64,000 nucleotides of DNA from Candidatus Kryptoniota bacterium (GTDB taxonomy: Bacteria; Bacteroidota; Ignavibacteria; Kryptoniales; JAKASW01): contig JBMFVE010000001.1 of assembly GCA_049966155.1 (NCBI GenBank), positions 223,831 to 287,830 on the forward strand, written 5' to 3'. Positions 50,646 through 60,339 of this stretch are shown here, piece by piece. Position numbers and translations under genes: made by a program. Below the pieces are notes generated by a model that was not told the DNA's origin, ran no database searches, and saw only the letters and a program-made list of their open reading frames with translations. How positions within the stretch are numbered: position 1 is the stretch's first letter; every line of letters starts with the position of its first letter.

Positions 50646-50668
50646 GTTTATTCCTTTTGTTTTTTAAC

Positions 50669-51376
50669 TTACTCAATGCGCTTTTTAAAACTCACCAGCA
50701 CAATTTTCTTGTTTCGATTTCTCAATTCTTCATCTCCTTCGAACTTTATATCTTCGACATCAACATGCTGCACAAATTTCAATTGCTTAGTGCGCTTTAG
50801 CTCATCAGCAAATTCACCACCCTTCAGAACAAGTAAAGTGCCGACCGGATATAAATTCTTAAGATCTCCCTCTTCTTCACATTTTAAGAATTGTCTCGAC
50901 CATTTTGCCACATCAAACAATTTTCCAGCTGCGCGTGTTATAACATAATCAAAAACGTGCATAAATTCAGGTTTCACAGAAATTTCTTCAGCACGGCCAT
51001 TTATAACGGTCAAACCTGCTAAACCCAGCTGCCTTACAATATCGGCGACAGCCTCTGTTTTCTTTTTTACAGAATCTATTAATACTACTTCAAGATCACG
51101 TCGGAAAATTTTCACAGGAATTCCGGGTAACCCTCCCCCTGTTCCCACGTCGACTATTTTCGTGTTATATTTCAAGGACTTATGAAATAGGAAAGAGATT
51201 GAATTCAGGATATGATTCTCAAAAAAAGAACCTTCGTCCTTTCTTGAAATTAAATTAACTTTCTCGTTCCATGAAAGGATGCACTGTCTCAGTTCCTTAA
51301 AGAGGGTTATCTGTTCCTGCAATAGTTCTATGTTATTTCTTCTTAAGATTTCAATAAGCCAGGATATATCTTTCAT
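50669..51376 (-). CDS. rsmG: 16S rRNA (guanine527-N7)-methyltransferase RsmG
   Basis: SAM motif VDVGTGGGLPGIP. I chose the ATG at 51376 (ATGA overlap with the dacB stop) over the track start at 51406. Confidence 0.85.
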   Translation of the reverse strand: MKDISWLIEILRRNNIELLQEQITLFKELRQCILSWNEKVNLISRKDEGSFFENHILNSISFLFHKSLKYNTKIVDVGTGGGLPGIPVKIFRRDLEVVLIDSVKKKTEAVADIVRQLGLAGLTVINGRAEEISVKPEFMHVFDYVITRAAGKLFDVAKWSRQFLKCEEEGDLKNLYPVGTLLVLKGGEFADELKRTKQLKFVQHVDVEDIKFEGDEELRNRNKKIVLVSFKKRIE

Positions 51377-52857
51377 TTGAAAGAGAAGTTGCATAGTCTG
51401 GTACATATCATATCCTGCAGGGCATTGACGGCGCTTGTTGGAACAGTGTAATGATTTACAAAAATGGAAAACGCAAGGGGTTCCCCATCTAGTGTTGTCA
51501 AATAGCCTGAAAGAGATCGGACATTTTCTATAAACCCTGTTTTTCCATGGACATTTCCTTGAGCTCGAGTCCCTTTCATTCTAAATTCCAGGGTTCCGTC
51601 CACACCCGCAACTGGAAGCGAATCATAAAAGATATTGGAAACCGGGCTTTTTCTCATGGCCTCCAGAATTTCCACAATTGCATGAGGTGTAACCAGGTCC
51701 CAGCTTGAAAGCCCTGACCCGTCATTTATCTCGATTTGAGTGGTATCTACTCCTATTGAGTGAAGGAAAAACATTTCTACCCGTCTCGCATTTTCAAATG
51801 TACCAATCCCGTATTTCTCCTTCCCAAGTGTTCTGAAAACTTGTTCAGCATAGAAATTCTGGCTGCGCTTATTTATAACTTTTACTATTTCCGATAACGG
51901 CGGCGACGTGTAGCTGGCAATAGTCCACATAAGATTGTATGGGGGAACACGAGAGATTTTCTGATATCTCGAAATGTCAAAAGGCTCACCAAGCATCTTT
52001 ATCCCAACAGAATTCAGAGTCTCAAACAAAACGGTAGCAGTATAAAGGGTTGGATTGTAAACTGTTAACGAAACTTTCATACTATCCAAGGTCCTCGGAT
52101 AGTTTCCATAAATGTGAATCACATTAGTTGCAGGATCACGATAAAAATCGATTGTGTTAATTGTGTCTTCAGTTGTCTTTGACTCATTGATGATCGTAAT
52201 GTATGAGGTGGGAGGGGTAAGCGTGTAAAGTACTGGTGCCCCAGGTTTATTTGGTTTCAGCGTGACGTCGATACAATTATCATTAAACGATAGGCCACTG
52301 ATGTATGCTGCATACCAGTAAACGTCCTCATGCCATGCCAGCCCCCATCCTTCACCAACAGGAACATTGTCGAACACCCTGTCGTCGCCAATCACATTTC
52401 CTTTAACAACCTTCACATTCAATAACTTGAGGGTATCCGCCCATCCTTTGAAAATCTTCACAACATCTCCATTTGTAAATCTACCTGAAATTGTCGGGTC
52501 ACCGCTGCCAACTATGTAAAGGTCTCCAAACAATGTGTCATCCAGAACATATCCATTTGCCATCAGGTACGTATGATATTGATAATTCTCACCAAGTACT
52601 GAGAGAGCCGCTGAAGTGGTTAATAATTTCATATTTGAAGCGGGCACAAAATCCTTATCCTGGTTATAAGCAAACAAAACTGCATCACTTCGAAGATCTT
52701 TCACCTCAATTCCGATAAAGGCATTGGAGAAAGCAGAGTCTGAAATAATTGACTTAAGATCAAATTGAAGTGCTTTCAGCGCCTGCATTTCCTGGGCTGA
52801 AGAAAGCCCAGTAAAACCAACTGCAAAAGCAATAGCTATAACCAAAGTGCTCTTCAT
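51373..52857 (-). CDS. dacB: D-alanyl-D-alanine carboxypeptidase/endopeptidase (PBP4, S13 family)
   Basis: 494 aa with a signal peptide and the SxxK motif ASNMK within PASNMKLLTTSAAL. Confidence 0.85.
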   Translation of the reverse strand: MKSTLVIAIAFAVGFTGLSSAQEMQALKALQFDLKSIISDSAFSNAFIGIEVKDLRSDAVLFAYNQDKDFVPASNMKLLTTSAALSVLGENYQYHTYLMANGYVLDDTLFGDLYIVGSGDPTISGRFTNGDVVKIFKGWADTLKLLNVKVVKGNVIGDDRVFDNVPVGEGWGLAWHEDVYWYAAYISGLSFNDNCIDVTLKPNKPGAPVLYTLTPPTSYITIINESKTTEDTINTIDFYRDPATNVIHIYGNYPRTLDSMKVSLTVYNPTLYTATVLFETLNSVGIKMLGEPFDISRYQKISRVPPYNLMWTIASYTSPPLSEIVKVINKRSQNFYAEQVFRTLGKEKYGIGTFENARRVEMFFLHSIGVDTTQIEINDGSGLSSWDLVTPHAIVEILEAMRKSPVSNIFYDSLPVAGVDGTLEFRMKGTRAQGNVHGKTGFIENVRSLSGYLTTLDGEPLAFSIFVNHYTVPTSAVNALQDMICTRLCNFSFK

Positions 52858-52862
52858 TTATT

Positions 52863-53633
52863 TCAGTCACCTGTTGCAGCTTGATTTTGAAGTCCAGCAA
52901 GCCTTTTCAGACTGATCACTTCATTTGAAGTGAGATAACGCCATTCCCCCCTGGATAACCCACGATGTGTAATCCCACCATATGAATACCTGTCTAATTG
53001 AACTACATGGTACCCTAATGAGTCAAAAAACCTTCTAATGAGATGATGTTTTCCCTCGTGTACAGAAATCCCCACTTCCAAACCACTGCTCCCCTGTAAT
53101 ATATAAATATCATCGGGAACTACCAGGGCACCATCAACTTTTATCCCCTTCCTGAATATCACCATGTCTCGATCTACAAGAGGCTTGTCAAGAGTGGCTT
53201 TGTATACTTTAAGCACATGGAATTTTGGATGCATCAGACGATTCGCCAGTTCACCATCATTGGTCAGCAAAAGTACCCCGGTGGTGTTCCTGTCAAGCCG
53301 ACCAACGCTGAAGACACGCACACCAATCCGAACCAGGTCAAATATATTCTTACGGCCTTTCTCGTCTCTTGCTGTTGTAATGATATCCTTAGGTTTATTC
53401 AGCAGCACGTAGACCAGCCGATTTTGCATACTCGCACGTTTTCCGTCCACAGTTATTCGGTCCCGGCTGGGATCAATCCTTACACCCAGCTTGGTTACTA
53501 CTTTACCGTTAACAGAGACCCTCCCATCCTTTATAATCTCATCTGCCCTCCTGCGTGAACTAACGCCAGCCATCGAAAGAAATTTGTTTAGACGAATGAG
53601 ACGACCACCTGATGATTTGAGCTTACTGTCCAT
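52863..53633 (-). CDS. rluB: RluB/RsuA-family pseudouridine synthase
   Basis: S4 domain (RLNKFLSMAGVSSRRRADEII) and catalytic motif GRLDRNTTGVLLLTNDG. I chose the ATG at 53633; the 30-codon track extension overlaps scpB. Confidence 0.8.
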   Translation of the reverse strand: MDSKLKSSGGRLIRLNKFLSMAGVSSRRRADEIIKDGRVSVNGKVVTKLGVRIDPSRDRITVDGKRASMQNRLVYVLLNKPKDIITTARDEKGRKNIFDLVRIGVRVFSVGRLDRNTTGVLLLTNDGELANRLMHPKFHVLKVYKATLDKPLVDRDMVIFRKGIKVDGALVVPDDIYILQGSSGLEVGISVHEGKHHLIRRFFDSLGYHVVQLDRYSYGGITHRGLSRGEWRYLTSNEVISLKRLAGLQNQAATGD

Positions 53634-54501
53634 CTGAATTCCCGGATAAATTAGAAGGCAACTCCGTGTCAGCCGGGACCTGAGATAATGCTGAAATTTC
53701 AAGCTGTATCGGCTCTTCGGCACCCCGGCTCTTTATTTCTTTTATGATTTCATCTATCTCCCGAAGTTTCGGTAAATCGTCAAGATTTTTCAGATTAAAT
53801 ACCTTTAAAAACTTCTGGGTTGTCCCATACAATAGCGGTCTTCCAACAGTCTCAGCACGGCCAGTAACTGTAACCAGCTCCTTTTCCAGTAAACTGTGCA
53901 AAACATAATCAATATTAACACCGCGAATAGATTCAATTTCCGGTTTTGTAATTGGCTGTTTGTAAGCAATTATTGCAAGCGTTTCCAGTGCAGACTTTGT
54001 TAATTTTCTTCGGGAACGTTCTCTGAATAGAAGTGATACCCACCGTGCCATCTCCTTTTTCGTAGCAAATTGAAATCCGTCTGCAATCTCAACTATATGA
54101 AAACCAGCTCCCTCTTCTTCATACTTCCTATTTAAAGCTCTGATCCTACCGGTTATAGCATCAACACCAACTCTACCAAATGTTCTGGCAGAATCCAAAA
54201 TACTCTTGATCGTGTTTGCAGACAGCGGTTCATCAGAAGCAAAAATCAGAGCCTCGACAATGTGGGCAAACTCATCCACTATCTCCTGATGCTTCTCTAA
54301 CTCTTCTTCTGTCTCATCTGAAAACAAAATCTCTCCATTAGCCTTGTCAAAATCCCTGTTGCCCTCTTCCGAATCTTCCGGGGCATTTTGCTGTGCAATA
54401 TTTTTTTTCACTGAGTCAAATTCCACATTCTCAGCAGTGCGATCGGTCTGAGCTGGTTCATTCTGCTGTTCTACTGACATTCCCGTCGTTTTCTCCATCA
54501 T
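53623..54501 (-). CDS. scpB: Segregation and condensation protein B
   Basis: The core IVEALIFASDEPLSANTIKSIL... with two winged-helix repeats follows an acidic ~75-aa N-terminal extension. The exact start is uncertain, because it overlaps the scpA 3' end. Confidence 0.8.
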   Translation of the reverse strand: MMEKTTGMSVEQQNEPAQTDRTAENVEFDSVKKNIAQQNAPEDSEEGNRDFDKANGEILFSDETEEELEKHQEIVDEFAHIVEALIFASDEPLSANTIKSILDSARTFGRVGVDAITGRIRALNRKYEEEGAGFHIVEIADGFQFATKKEMARWVSLLFRERSRRKLTKSALETLAIIAYKQPITKPEIESIRGVNIDYVLHSLLEKELVTVTGRAETVGRPLLYGTTQKFLKVFNLKNLDDLPKLREIDEIIKEIKSRGAEEPIQLEISALSQVPADTELPSNLSGNSDGQ

Positions 54502-55216
54502 ATTTGGAAATGATAAAATCGTTAAATTTACCTGTAGTGTATACTTTAAGCATGTTCCTTTTGATAAGCTCCAGCATCGCTATAAAAGTAACAACCAATC
54601 GAATCTTATCATGGATCTGCTGAACAAGTTCCAAAAAATGCATCTCCTTTCGCTCCCTCATTGTCTGAGTGAGATAATCAATTTGATCTTCAATTGTGAC
54701 ATTAATTCTTTTCACATCGTGATACGAGGTCGGCTCAAGCCTCTCCATAACATTTTTAAACGCTGTAATCAAATCGATCAATGAAACATTCATCAATTGC
54801 TCATCTTCCGGCAATGCATAGCTTCTTTCGTCAAGCTTGAAATTGGAACGGTAAAACACCTGACTCGCGTCTTCCTCAAGGCGCTGAAAATTATTCGCAG
54901 CTTCCTTAAAACGTGCATACTCGGCAAGACGATCAGCAAGCTCTTTGCGTGGATCATCGTCAGGCAGCAGATCATCAACTGTCTCTTCATGTGGAAGCAA
55001 CATTCTTACCTTAATGTGCATCAAGGTTGCTGCCATCACAATGAATTCGCCTGCAATTTCAAGGTCAAGGGCCTGAATAAAACGAACGTATTCAAGAAAC
55101 TCCGCTGTAATTTGCGCAATTGGGATGTCGTAAATATCAAGCTGATCCCTCCTTATGAAGAAGAGAAGTAAATCGAGCGGCCCTTCAAAATCGTTTAACT
55201 TTACCCTGTAGTTCAT
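54458..55216 (-). CDS. scpA: Segregation and condensation protein A
   Basis: 252 aa with the typical kleisin N-terminus FEGPLDLLLFFIRRDQLDIYDIPIAQIT. Confidence 0.85.
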   Translation of the reverse strand: MNYRVKLNDFEGPLDLLLFFIRRDQLDIYDIPIAQITAEFLEYVRFIQALDLEIAGEFIVMAATLMHIKVRMLLPHEETVDDLLPDDDPRKELADRLAEYARFKEAANNFQRLEEDASQVFYRSNFKLDERSYALPEDEQLMNVSLIDLITAFKNVMERLEPTSYHDVKRINVTIEDQIDYLTQTMRERKEMHFLELVQQIHDKIRLVVTFIAMLELIKRNMLKVYTTGKFNDFIISKYDGENDGNVSRTAE

Positions 55217-56199
55217 CCCATCTTCATCGCCTCATGAACCTGTTGCATCGTTTCACTCGCTTTCACCCTTGCTTTCTCTTCTCCCGATTGAAGCATAGCC
55301 CTCACCTCCTCTGGATTTTGCTCCAGCCTCGCACGTCTCTCCCTGAATGGCATTAAAAATTTGTTAATGCTTGCGGCGCATCTCATTTTACATTCAACGC
55401 ATCCAAGCTTGCCGGACTCACACCCTGATCTAATTTCCTTCTCTTCGATGGCATTGAACTTTTTATGGTATGTGAAAACCAGGCAAATATCAGGCCTTCC
55501 AGGATCTCCTTTCCTTATTTTCCGAGGGTCAGTTACAGCCTTTTTCATTTTCTTAACAACATCAGCTTCTGAATCCGAAAGAAAGATACTATTGTTTAAG
55601 GACTTACTCATCTTCTTGCCGTCCAATCCAGGGAGGCGTGCAAACCTGGTAAGCCTTGGCTCAGGCTCTGGAAAGACATTTTTATATTGCCTGTTGAAAT
55701 CGCGGGCGATCTCCCTTGTTATCTCAATGTGCGAAAGTTGATCCTCGCCAACTGGAACCACCTCTCCTTTGTAAAGAAGAATGTCAGCAGCCTGAAGAAC
55801 CGGATAGCCCAGATAACCATAGCTTATAGGACCGAGGTTTAAATCCCGAACTTGTTCTTTCAAAGTCGGATTTCGTTCAAGCCGGGATTTTGTTATCAAC
55901 ATGGAAAATATCAAATGCAGTTCGGTGTGCTGTTTTACCTGCGACTGTCTGAACACAGGGCTCTGTTCAGGATCAATTCCCGCTGAAACCCAGTCCACCA
56001 ACATGTCTATCGTGTACTCATAAATTTTCGACGTATCAAGATTTGTTGTTAAAGCATGATAATCTGCAATAAGGTGGTAGTTCTGGTAATTTCCTTCGTT
56101 TTGAAGCTGCACCCAGCTTTCAAGAGCCCCTGCCCAGTGACCAAGGTGTAGCTTGCCTGTGGGACGCATCCCACTTAAAATGATTTTCTTATTTGACAT
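55213..56199 (-). CDS. trpS: Tryptophan--tRNA ligase
   Basis: 328 aa with the HIGH-type motif GKLHLGHW and KMSKS. Confidence 0.9.
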   Translation of the reverse strand: MSNKKIILSGMRPTGKLHLGHWAGALESWVQLQNEGNYQNYHLIADYHALTTNLDTSKIYEYTIDMLVDWVSAGIDPEQSPVFRQSQVKQHTELHLIFSMLITKSRLERNPTLKEQVRDLNLGPISYGYLGYPVLQAADILLYKGEVVPVGEDQLSHIEITREIARDFNRQYKNVFPEPEPRLTRFARLPGLDGKKMSKSLNNSIFLSDSEADVVKKMKKAVTDPRKIRKGDPGRPDICLVFTYHKKFNAIEEKEIRSGCESGKLGCVECKMRCAASINKFLMPFRERRARLEQNPEEVRAMLQSGEEKARVKASETMQQVHEAMKMG

Positions 56200-56224
56200 T
56201 GTCTGGAAATTTACAAAATATTTT

Positions 56225-56716
56225 TTACTTCATGAAAAGGTAAGGCTTCCACTTTTCGTCTATCCTGCCGACGAAATGTCTGATGAAAGCAACGTGATGA
56301 GGCCTGCGGGGTACGGACAAGAGTTTCATACCGGCTTCCTCCGGAGTACGATCACCCTTTTTATTATTGCACCTGATGCAGGCACAAACAAGATTTTCCC
56401 ACGAATCTTCACCGCCGCGAGTTTTCGGTATGATATGATCAACTGTCAAAGGCAAGTCTCCCCGACCGCAATACTGACAGCGGTTTCCGTCCCTGCGCAA
56501 TATATTCTTTCGGGAGAGGATCACCCTTTTGTGCGGTACACGGTAAAAAACCGACAGCCGAACAATGCTCGGCATTGGAATTGTTGTTGACACCGAGTGC
56601 AACATTTTCCCGTCAGAGCGCTCTACTATTTCTGCTTTTCCAAGATAGAGAAGCACAACAGCTTTTTTCCAGTTGCAGATTGTGAGAGGCTCGTAGTTCT
56701 GATTCAGAATTAACAC
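56225..56716 (-). CDS. HNH endonuclease family protein
   Basis: 163 aa with CQYCGRGDLPLTVDHIIPKTRGGEDSWENLVCACIRCNNKKG. GTG start. Confidence 0.8.
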   Translation of the reverse strand: MLILNQNYEPLTICNWKKAVVLLYLGKAEIVERSDGKMLHSVSTTIPMPSIVRLSVFYRVPHKRVILSRKNILRRDGNRCQYCGRGDLPLTVDHIIPKTRGGEDSWENLVCACIRCNNKKGDRTPEEAGMKLLSVPRRPHHVAFIRHFVGRIDEKWKPYLFMK

Positions 56717-56782
56717 CTTCCCATAGCCGGAGCTATGGTCATCTTCGAATTGTTCATTACGGCTGAAGACAACACCTCCATT

Positions 56783-57832
56783 TTAAATCGTTACCTTACA
56801 TGCACCTACAAAGGCTTTGAAGAGTTTATCATCAAAAAGTTTGCTTCTTCTGTCAAAACTTCCGATCTTCACATACCCTGAAGAGTGAATGAACTCTTTC
56901 CTCCTTCCACCAATGTACAGGCCTACATGTGAAATATTTTTACCGTTGTACGAGAAAAAAACCAAATCCCCCGAAGATAAATTTTGGGGATTTTTTTTTG
57001 ATGGTCTTCCGGCCAAATACTGCATTGAAGCATCCCTGGGCAATTCGATACCGACAAACCTGAAAACTGTCTGTATGAACCCGGAACAATCGAATCCCTT
57101 GGCGCTTCTACCACCCCAGACATACGAAACCCCCAGGAAGCGTGAAGCAGTGTCAAAAAGGGCCTTCAAAGAGTATTTCTTAATTAGAGGCACTGTCTGG
57201 ACAAATTTCTTTTCTATATAACCAGTCTCTCCATTTGGAAGAAGAACTTTCAAATAGCCAGCACCTTCACTTAAAACCGACAGTGCTACACCATAAACTA
57301 CCACCCTGAGGGGCACGCCAAAATGTGCTGGTTCAGATAGTATTAGGGCAACAGATTCTTTGACAAAAGCCTTGGGAAAATTATTGTATCTGTCAAATTC
57401 TTCAGGATCCATCAACTGAGTTTGATTGGCAGACGCCCAGCCGAGATAACCATCGGCATGCAGACGAACTCGATGCCATGAACCGATTGACTGTAGCACA
57501 TCAAATGACTCTCCATAAAGGACTTCGGTTACCTGCTCACTTGTCCAATCGGGATATTTTCTGATAGTACCAACTCCAACATGGCAAACACCTGTTTTGA
57601 GGCTGCCAACAGATTTATCAGGTAATATTACTGTCTTTAATTTGAATTTCCAGCTCCCCTTCTCATAAAGCTCAGAAAGCCTTCTTGCCAGGTATATAGA
57701 GTCCACGTATGCACAGAAAAAACCCCCTCTTTTTTGGAATTCTAAGACGCTATATCGTGGATCGACAGAAAGGGCTTTTTCTGCTCTCCTCTTAAATAAT
57801 GCTTCACTTTCCGCTGTTTCAGTGCTAACCAT
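56783..57832 (-). CDS. NlpC/P60 (C40) cell-wall peptidase with SH3-like N-terminal domains
   Basis: 349 aa. The C-terminal domain reads YVWGGRSAKGFDCSGFIQ (catalytic Cys) and ISHVGLYIG (His). Confidence 0.8.
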   Translation of the reverse strand: MVSTETAESEALFKRRAEKALSVDPRYSVLEFQKRGGFFCAYVDSIYLARRLSELYEKGSWKFKLKTVILPDKSVGSLKTGVCHVGVGTIRKYPDWTSEQVTEVLYGESFDVLQSIGSWHRVRLHADGYLGWASANQTQLMDPEEFDRYNNFPKAFVKESVALILSEPAHFGVPLRVVVYGVALSVLSEGAGYLKVLLPNGETGYIEKKFVQTVPLIKKYSLKALFDTASRFLGVSYVWGGRSAKGFDCSGFIQTVFRFVGIELPRDASMQYLAGRPSKKNPQNLSSGDLVFFSYNGKNISHVGLYIGGRRKEFIHSSGYVKIGSFDRRSKLFDDKLFKAFVGACKVTI

Positions 57833-57891
57833 TTCAAAAAAATATATCCAAAGTTCAGAAGAGAATCAATTGCAGACTGGCAAATAAGCAT

Positions 57892-58710
57892 TTAATAACT
57901 CTCTTTTGCAGATGGAAAATTTCCTCCTTTGACATCATTAATGTATTGAGAAAAGGCATTGGAAATCTCATTTGCCATTTCAGCATATCGACGCACAAAA
58001 CGAGGCCGGAAGTCACGGGTCAAGCCAAGCATGTCTGCATATACAAGGATTTGTCCGTCACAGTTTGGCCCGGCACCGATTCCAATCGTTGGAATAACCA
58101 GAGAGTTGGAGATCTTGGATGCCAGAGATGATGGAATTTTTTCCAGTACAAGTGAAAATGCTCCTGCCTCCTGTAATAACTTGGCGTCCCGAATAATTTG
58201 CCTGGCCTCTCTCCTATCCTCCCCTCTCGGTTTGTAACCCCCAAATTTGTGTATTGACTGAGGAGTAAGTCCAAGGTGGCCCATAACTGGGATACCCACT
58301 TCTGTCATTTTTCTAACCGAATCCACCACAGCCTCTCCACCTTCAATCTTTACAGCACTGGCTCCAGTATCTTTAAGAATTCTCCCGGCATTCCTTACAG
58401 CTTCTTCGGCATTAACCTGATAACTCATGAATGGCATATCGACGACCACCAGAGCCCTTTTTACAGCTTTCCTGACGATCTTTGCATGATAAATCATTTC
58501 TTCCATTGTTACAGGTATCGTCGTATCATTACCCTGAAAAACATTCGAAAGAGAGTCGCCAACCAAAATAATGTCTATCCCGCTTTCATCAAGCAGTCGT
58601 GCAATTATTGCATCGTAAGCTGTTAATGCCGCAATCTTCTCACCCCTTGCCTTCATTTCAACAATTGTCCTCGTTGTGACAATCTTCTTTTCCTTTCCTG
58701 ATTCAGTCAT
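57892..58710 (-). CDS. panB: 3-methyl-2-oxobutanoate hydroxymethyltransferase
   Basis: 272 aa with LTAYDA, VGDSL and VKIEGG motifs. Confidence 0.9.
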   Translation of the reverse strand: MTESGKEKKIVTTRTIVEMKARGEKIAALTAYDAIIARLLDESGIDIILVGDSLSNVFQGNDTTIPVTMEEMIYHAKIVRKAVKRALVVVDMPFMSYQVNAEEAVRNAGRILKDTGASAVKIEGGEAVVDSVRKMTEVGIPVMGHLGLTPQSIHKFGGYKPRGEDRREARQIIRDAKLLQEAGAFSLVLEKIPSSLASKISNSLVIPTIGIGAGPNCDGQILVYADMLGLTRDFRPRFVRRYAEMANEISNAFSQYINDVKGGNFPSAKESY

Positions 58711-59558
58711 GCAAGTTCTCTTTCTTGATTAAGAAACAATCTTTGGCCATCATTGAGAAGATCGTTTCCTGGGTTGACTCGTTCAAACCGGATTTCCAGA
58801 GTCTCAACAAATCCATTTACAATAGATTTTTTTAACTCCTGATAATCAACTTCCTGATTAATTATTTCCTTGAGAGTAATTGTATGATTATCAAGGTTTT
58901 CCTTTACTTTTTCCAGTGTGTATGCATCACTTTTCAAATAACGAACAATCTTCTTATGAAACTCACCAACCAGAATCGAGCCGTGCTGAAGCACAATATT
59001 GCCAAATCTTCTTTGCGCACTCCCGACAAGTTTTCGCCCACGATATTCTATTTCAGATTTTGCTGAAGTCACGAAACAAACTACTGAATCGGGTTGTCTG
59101 AATAGTTTCCTGAAATCAGGCATGCTTTCTGCTAAGCTTATTTCCGCTCCACTGGAATTGTACTTCTCGACATAATTTCTTATTCCATTTGCGAGAGCTG
59201 TGCTTAACAGGTTGTAACTTTCCGAAACGGAAAGCCCATGTGAATCAGTTACCACACTGTATGTTAATTCTTCAGCATGAAGCACAGCCTTCCCACCTGT
59301 GGGTCTGAAGACAATATCTATTCCGTCACGACGAGCAGAATCGACATCGATCTCGCGCTGTAATTGGTTTTTACCGAGCGAAATGCAAAACGGTTCCCAC
59401 CTGTAGAGCCGTAGTACAGGGATTCTGTTTTTCCTGAACTCATCCACAAGGTTGACATCAATTTCCATATTAACCTCACCGCACGCGCTGCCGGTGTCCA
59501 GCAAAAGCCAGCGCCCCGAAAATGTATCTTTTATAGATTGAATGAAATTCAGATTCAC
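58707..59558 (-). CDS. Lipoate/octanoate-protein ligase family protein (BPL_LplA_LipB)
   Basis: 283 aa with [18 protein letters not shown] and the lysine motif [13 protein letters not shown] start. Confidence 0.7.
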   Translation of the reverse strand: MNLNFIQSIKDTFSGRWLLLDTGSACGEVNMEIDVNLVDEFRKNRIPVLRLYRWEPFCISLGKNQLQREIDVDSARRDGIDIVFRPTGGKAVLHAEELTYSVVTDSHGLSVSESYNLLSTALANGIRNYVEKYNSSGAEISLAESMPDFRKLFRQPDSVVCFVTSAKSEIEYRGRKLVGSAQRRFGNIVLQHGSILVGEFHKKIVRYLKSDAYTLEKVKENLDNHTITLKEIINQEVDYQELKKSIVNGFVETLEIRFERVNPGNDLLNDGQRLFLNQERELA

Positions 59559-59562
59559 ATTT

Positions 59563-60339
59563 TTACCGTATTATTCCTCGTGAGGAAATTTTCAGGAAGT
59601 CAATGATTGCACTTACTTCAGGAGTGGCATTAAAAGATCTCTCCAGTTCCTCAATAGACTCTTTCATTGTCAGACCCGATCTATAAACAATGTGATAGGC
59701 TTTTTCGATATTCTCAATTTGTTCAGGCGAAAATCCTCGGCGCCGCAGCCCAACTATATTCAAACCCTCATATTTAAGTGGCTCACGGCCAGCCAGCACG
59801 TAAGGCGGCACATCTTTTGTGACCCTGTATCCTCCACCAATCATGACATGAGAGCCTACGTGTGTAAATTGATGAATTGCAACGAGTCCACCGATAGTCG
59901 CCCAATCTCCCACATGAACGTGCCCAGCCAGCGTCACGGCGTTTGCAAAAATGCAGTGATGGCCAACCCGACAATCATGAGCTATATGAACATAAGCCAT
60001 TAAAAGACAATTGCTGCCAACAATTGTTGCTCCAGTTTCACGGGTGCCCCTATGCAATGTGCAGTATTCACGAACCACAGTATTATCACCAATTTGAAGA
60101 ACCGTTGGTTCATTTCCATACTTGAGATCTTGAGGAGCATTTGAGACAACAGCCCCATGATGAATTATGCAGTTCCTTCCTATACGCGCCCCATTGGCAA
60201 TGTACACAGCGGAAGCTATTCTCGTCCCATCGCCCACTTCAACATCACTTTCAATAATTGAGAAAGGACCAACAGAAACGTCTTCTCCTAATCTGGCCGC
60301 CGGGTTTACAACAGCACGAGGGTCGATATAAACACCCAT
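59563..60339 (-). CDS. lpxA: Acyl-ACP--UDP-N-acetylglucosamine O-acyltransferase
   Basis: 258 aa with hexapeptide repeats followed by the LpxA C-terminal helical domain (GLNIVGLRRRGFS). Confidence 0.9.
   Translation of the reverse strand: MGVYIDPRAVVNPAARLGEDVSVGPFSIIESDVEVGDGTRIASAVYIANGARIGRNCIIHHGAVVSNAPQDLKYGNEPTVLQIGDNTVVREYCTLHRGTRETGATIVGSNCLLMAYVHIAHDCRVGHHCIFANAVTLAGHVHVGDWATIGGLVAIHQFTHVGSHVMIGGGYRVTKDVPPYVLAGREPLKYEGLNIVGLRRRGFSPEQIENIEKAYHIVYRSGLTMKESIEELERSFNATPEVSAIIDFLKISSRGIIR

Noticed and set aside
56225-56716. The HNH endonuclease as part of a restriction-modification or anti-phage defence system.
   Set aside because: It is an isolated 163-aa gene between trpS and a cell-wall peptidase gene. 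No methyltransferase, ATPase, helicase or other defence partner is present.
56721-56738. A hairpin CCATAGC-CGGA-GCTATGG between the NlpC/P60 stop and the HNH gene GTG start.
   Set aside because: No U-tract follows the 7-bp stem. It could modulate HNH translation initiation, but nothing in the sequence supports a specific role.
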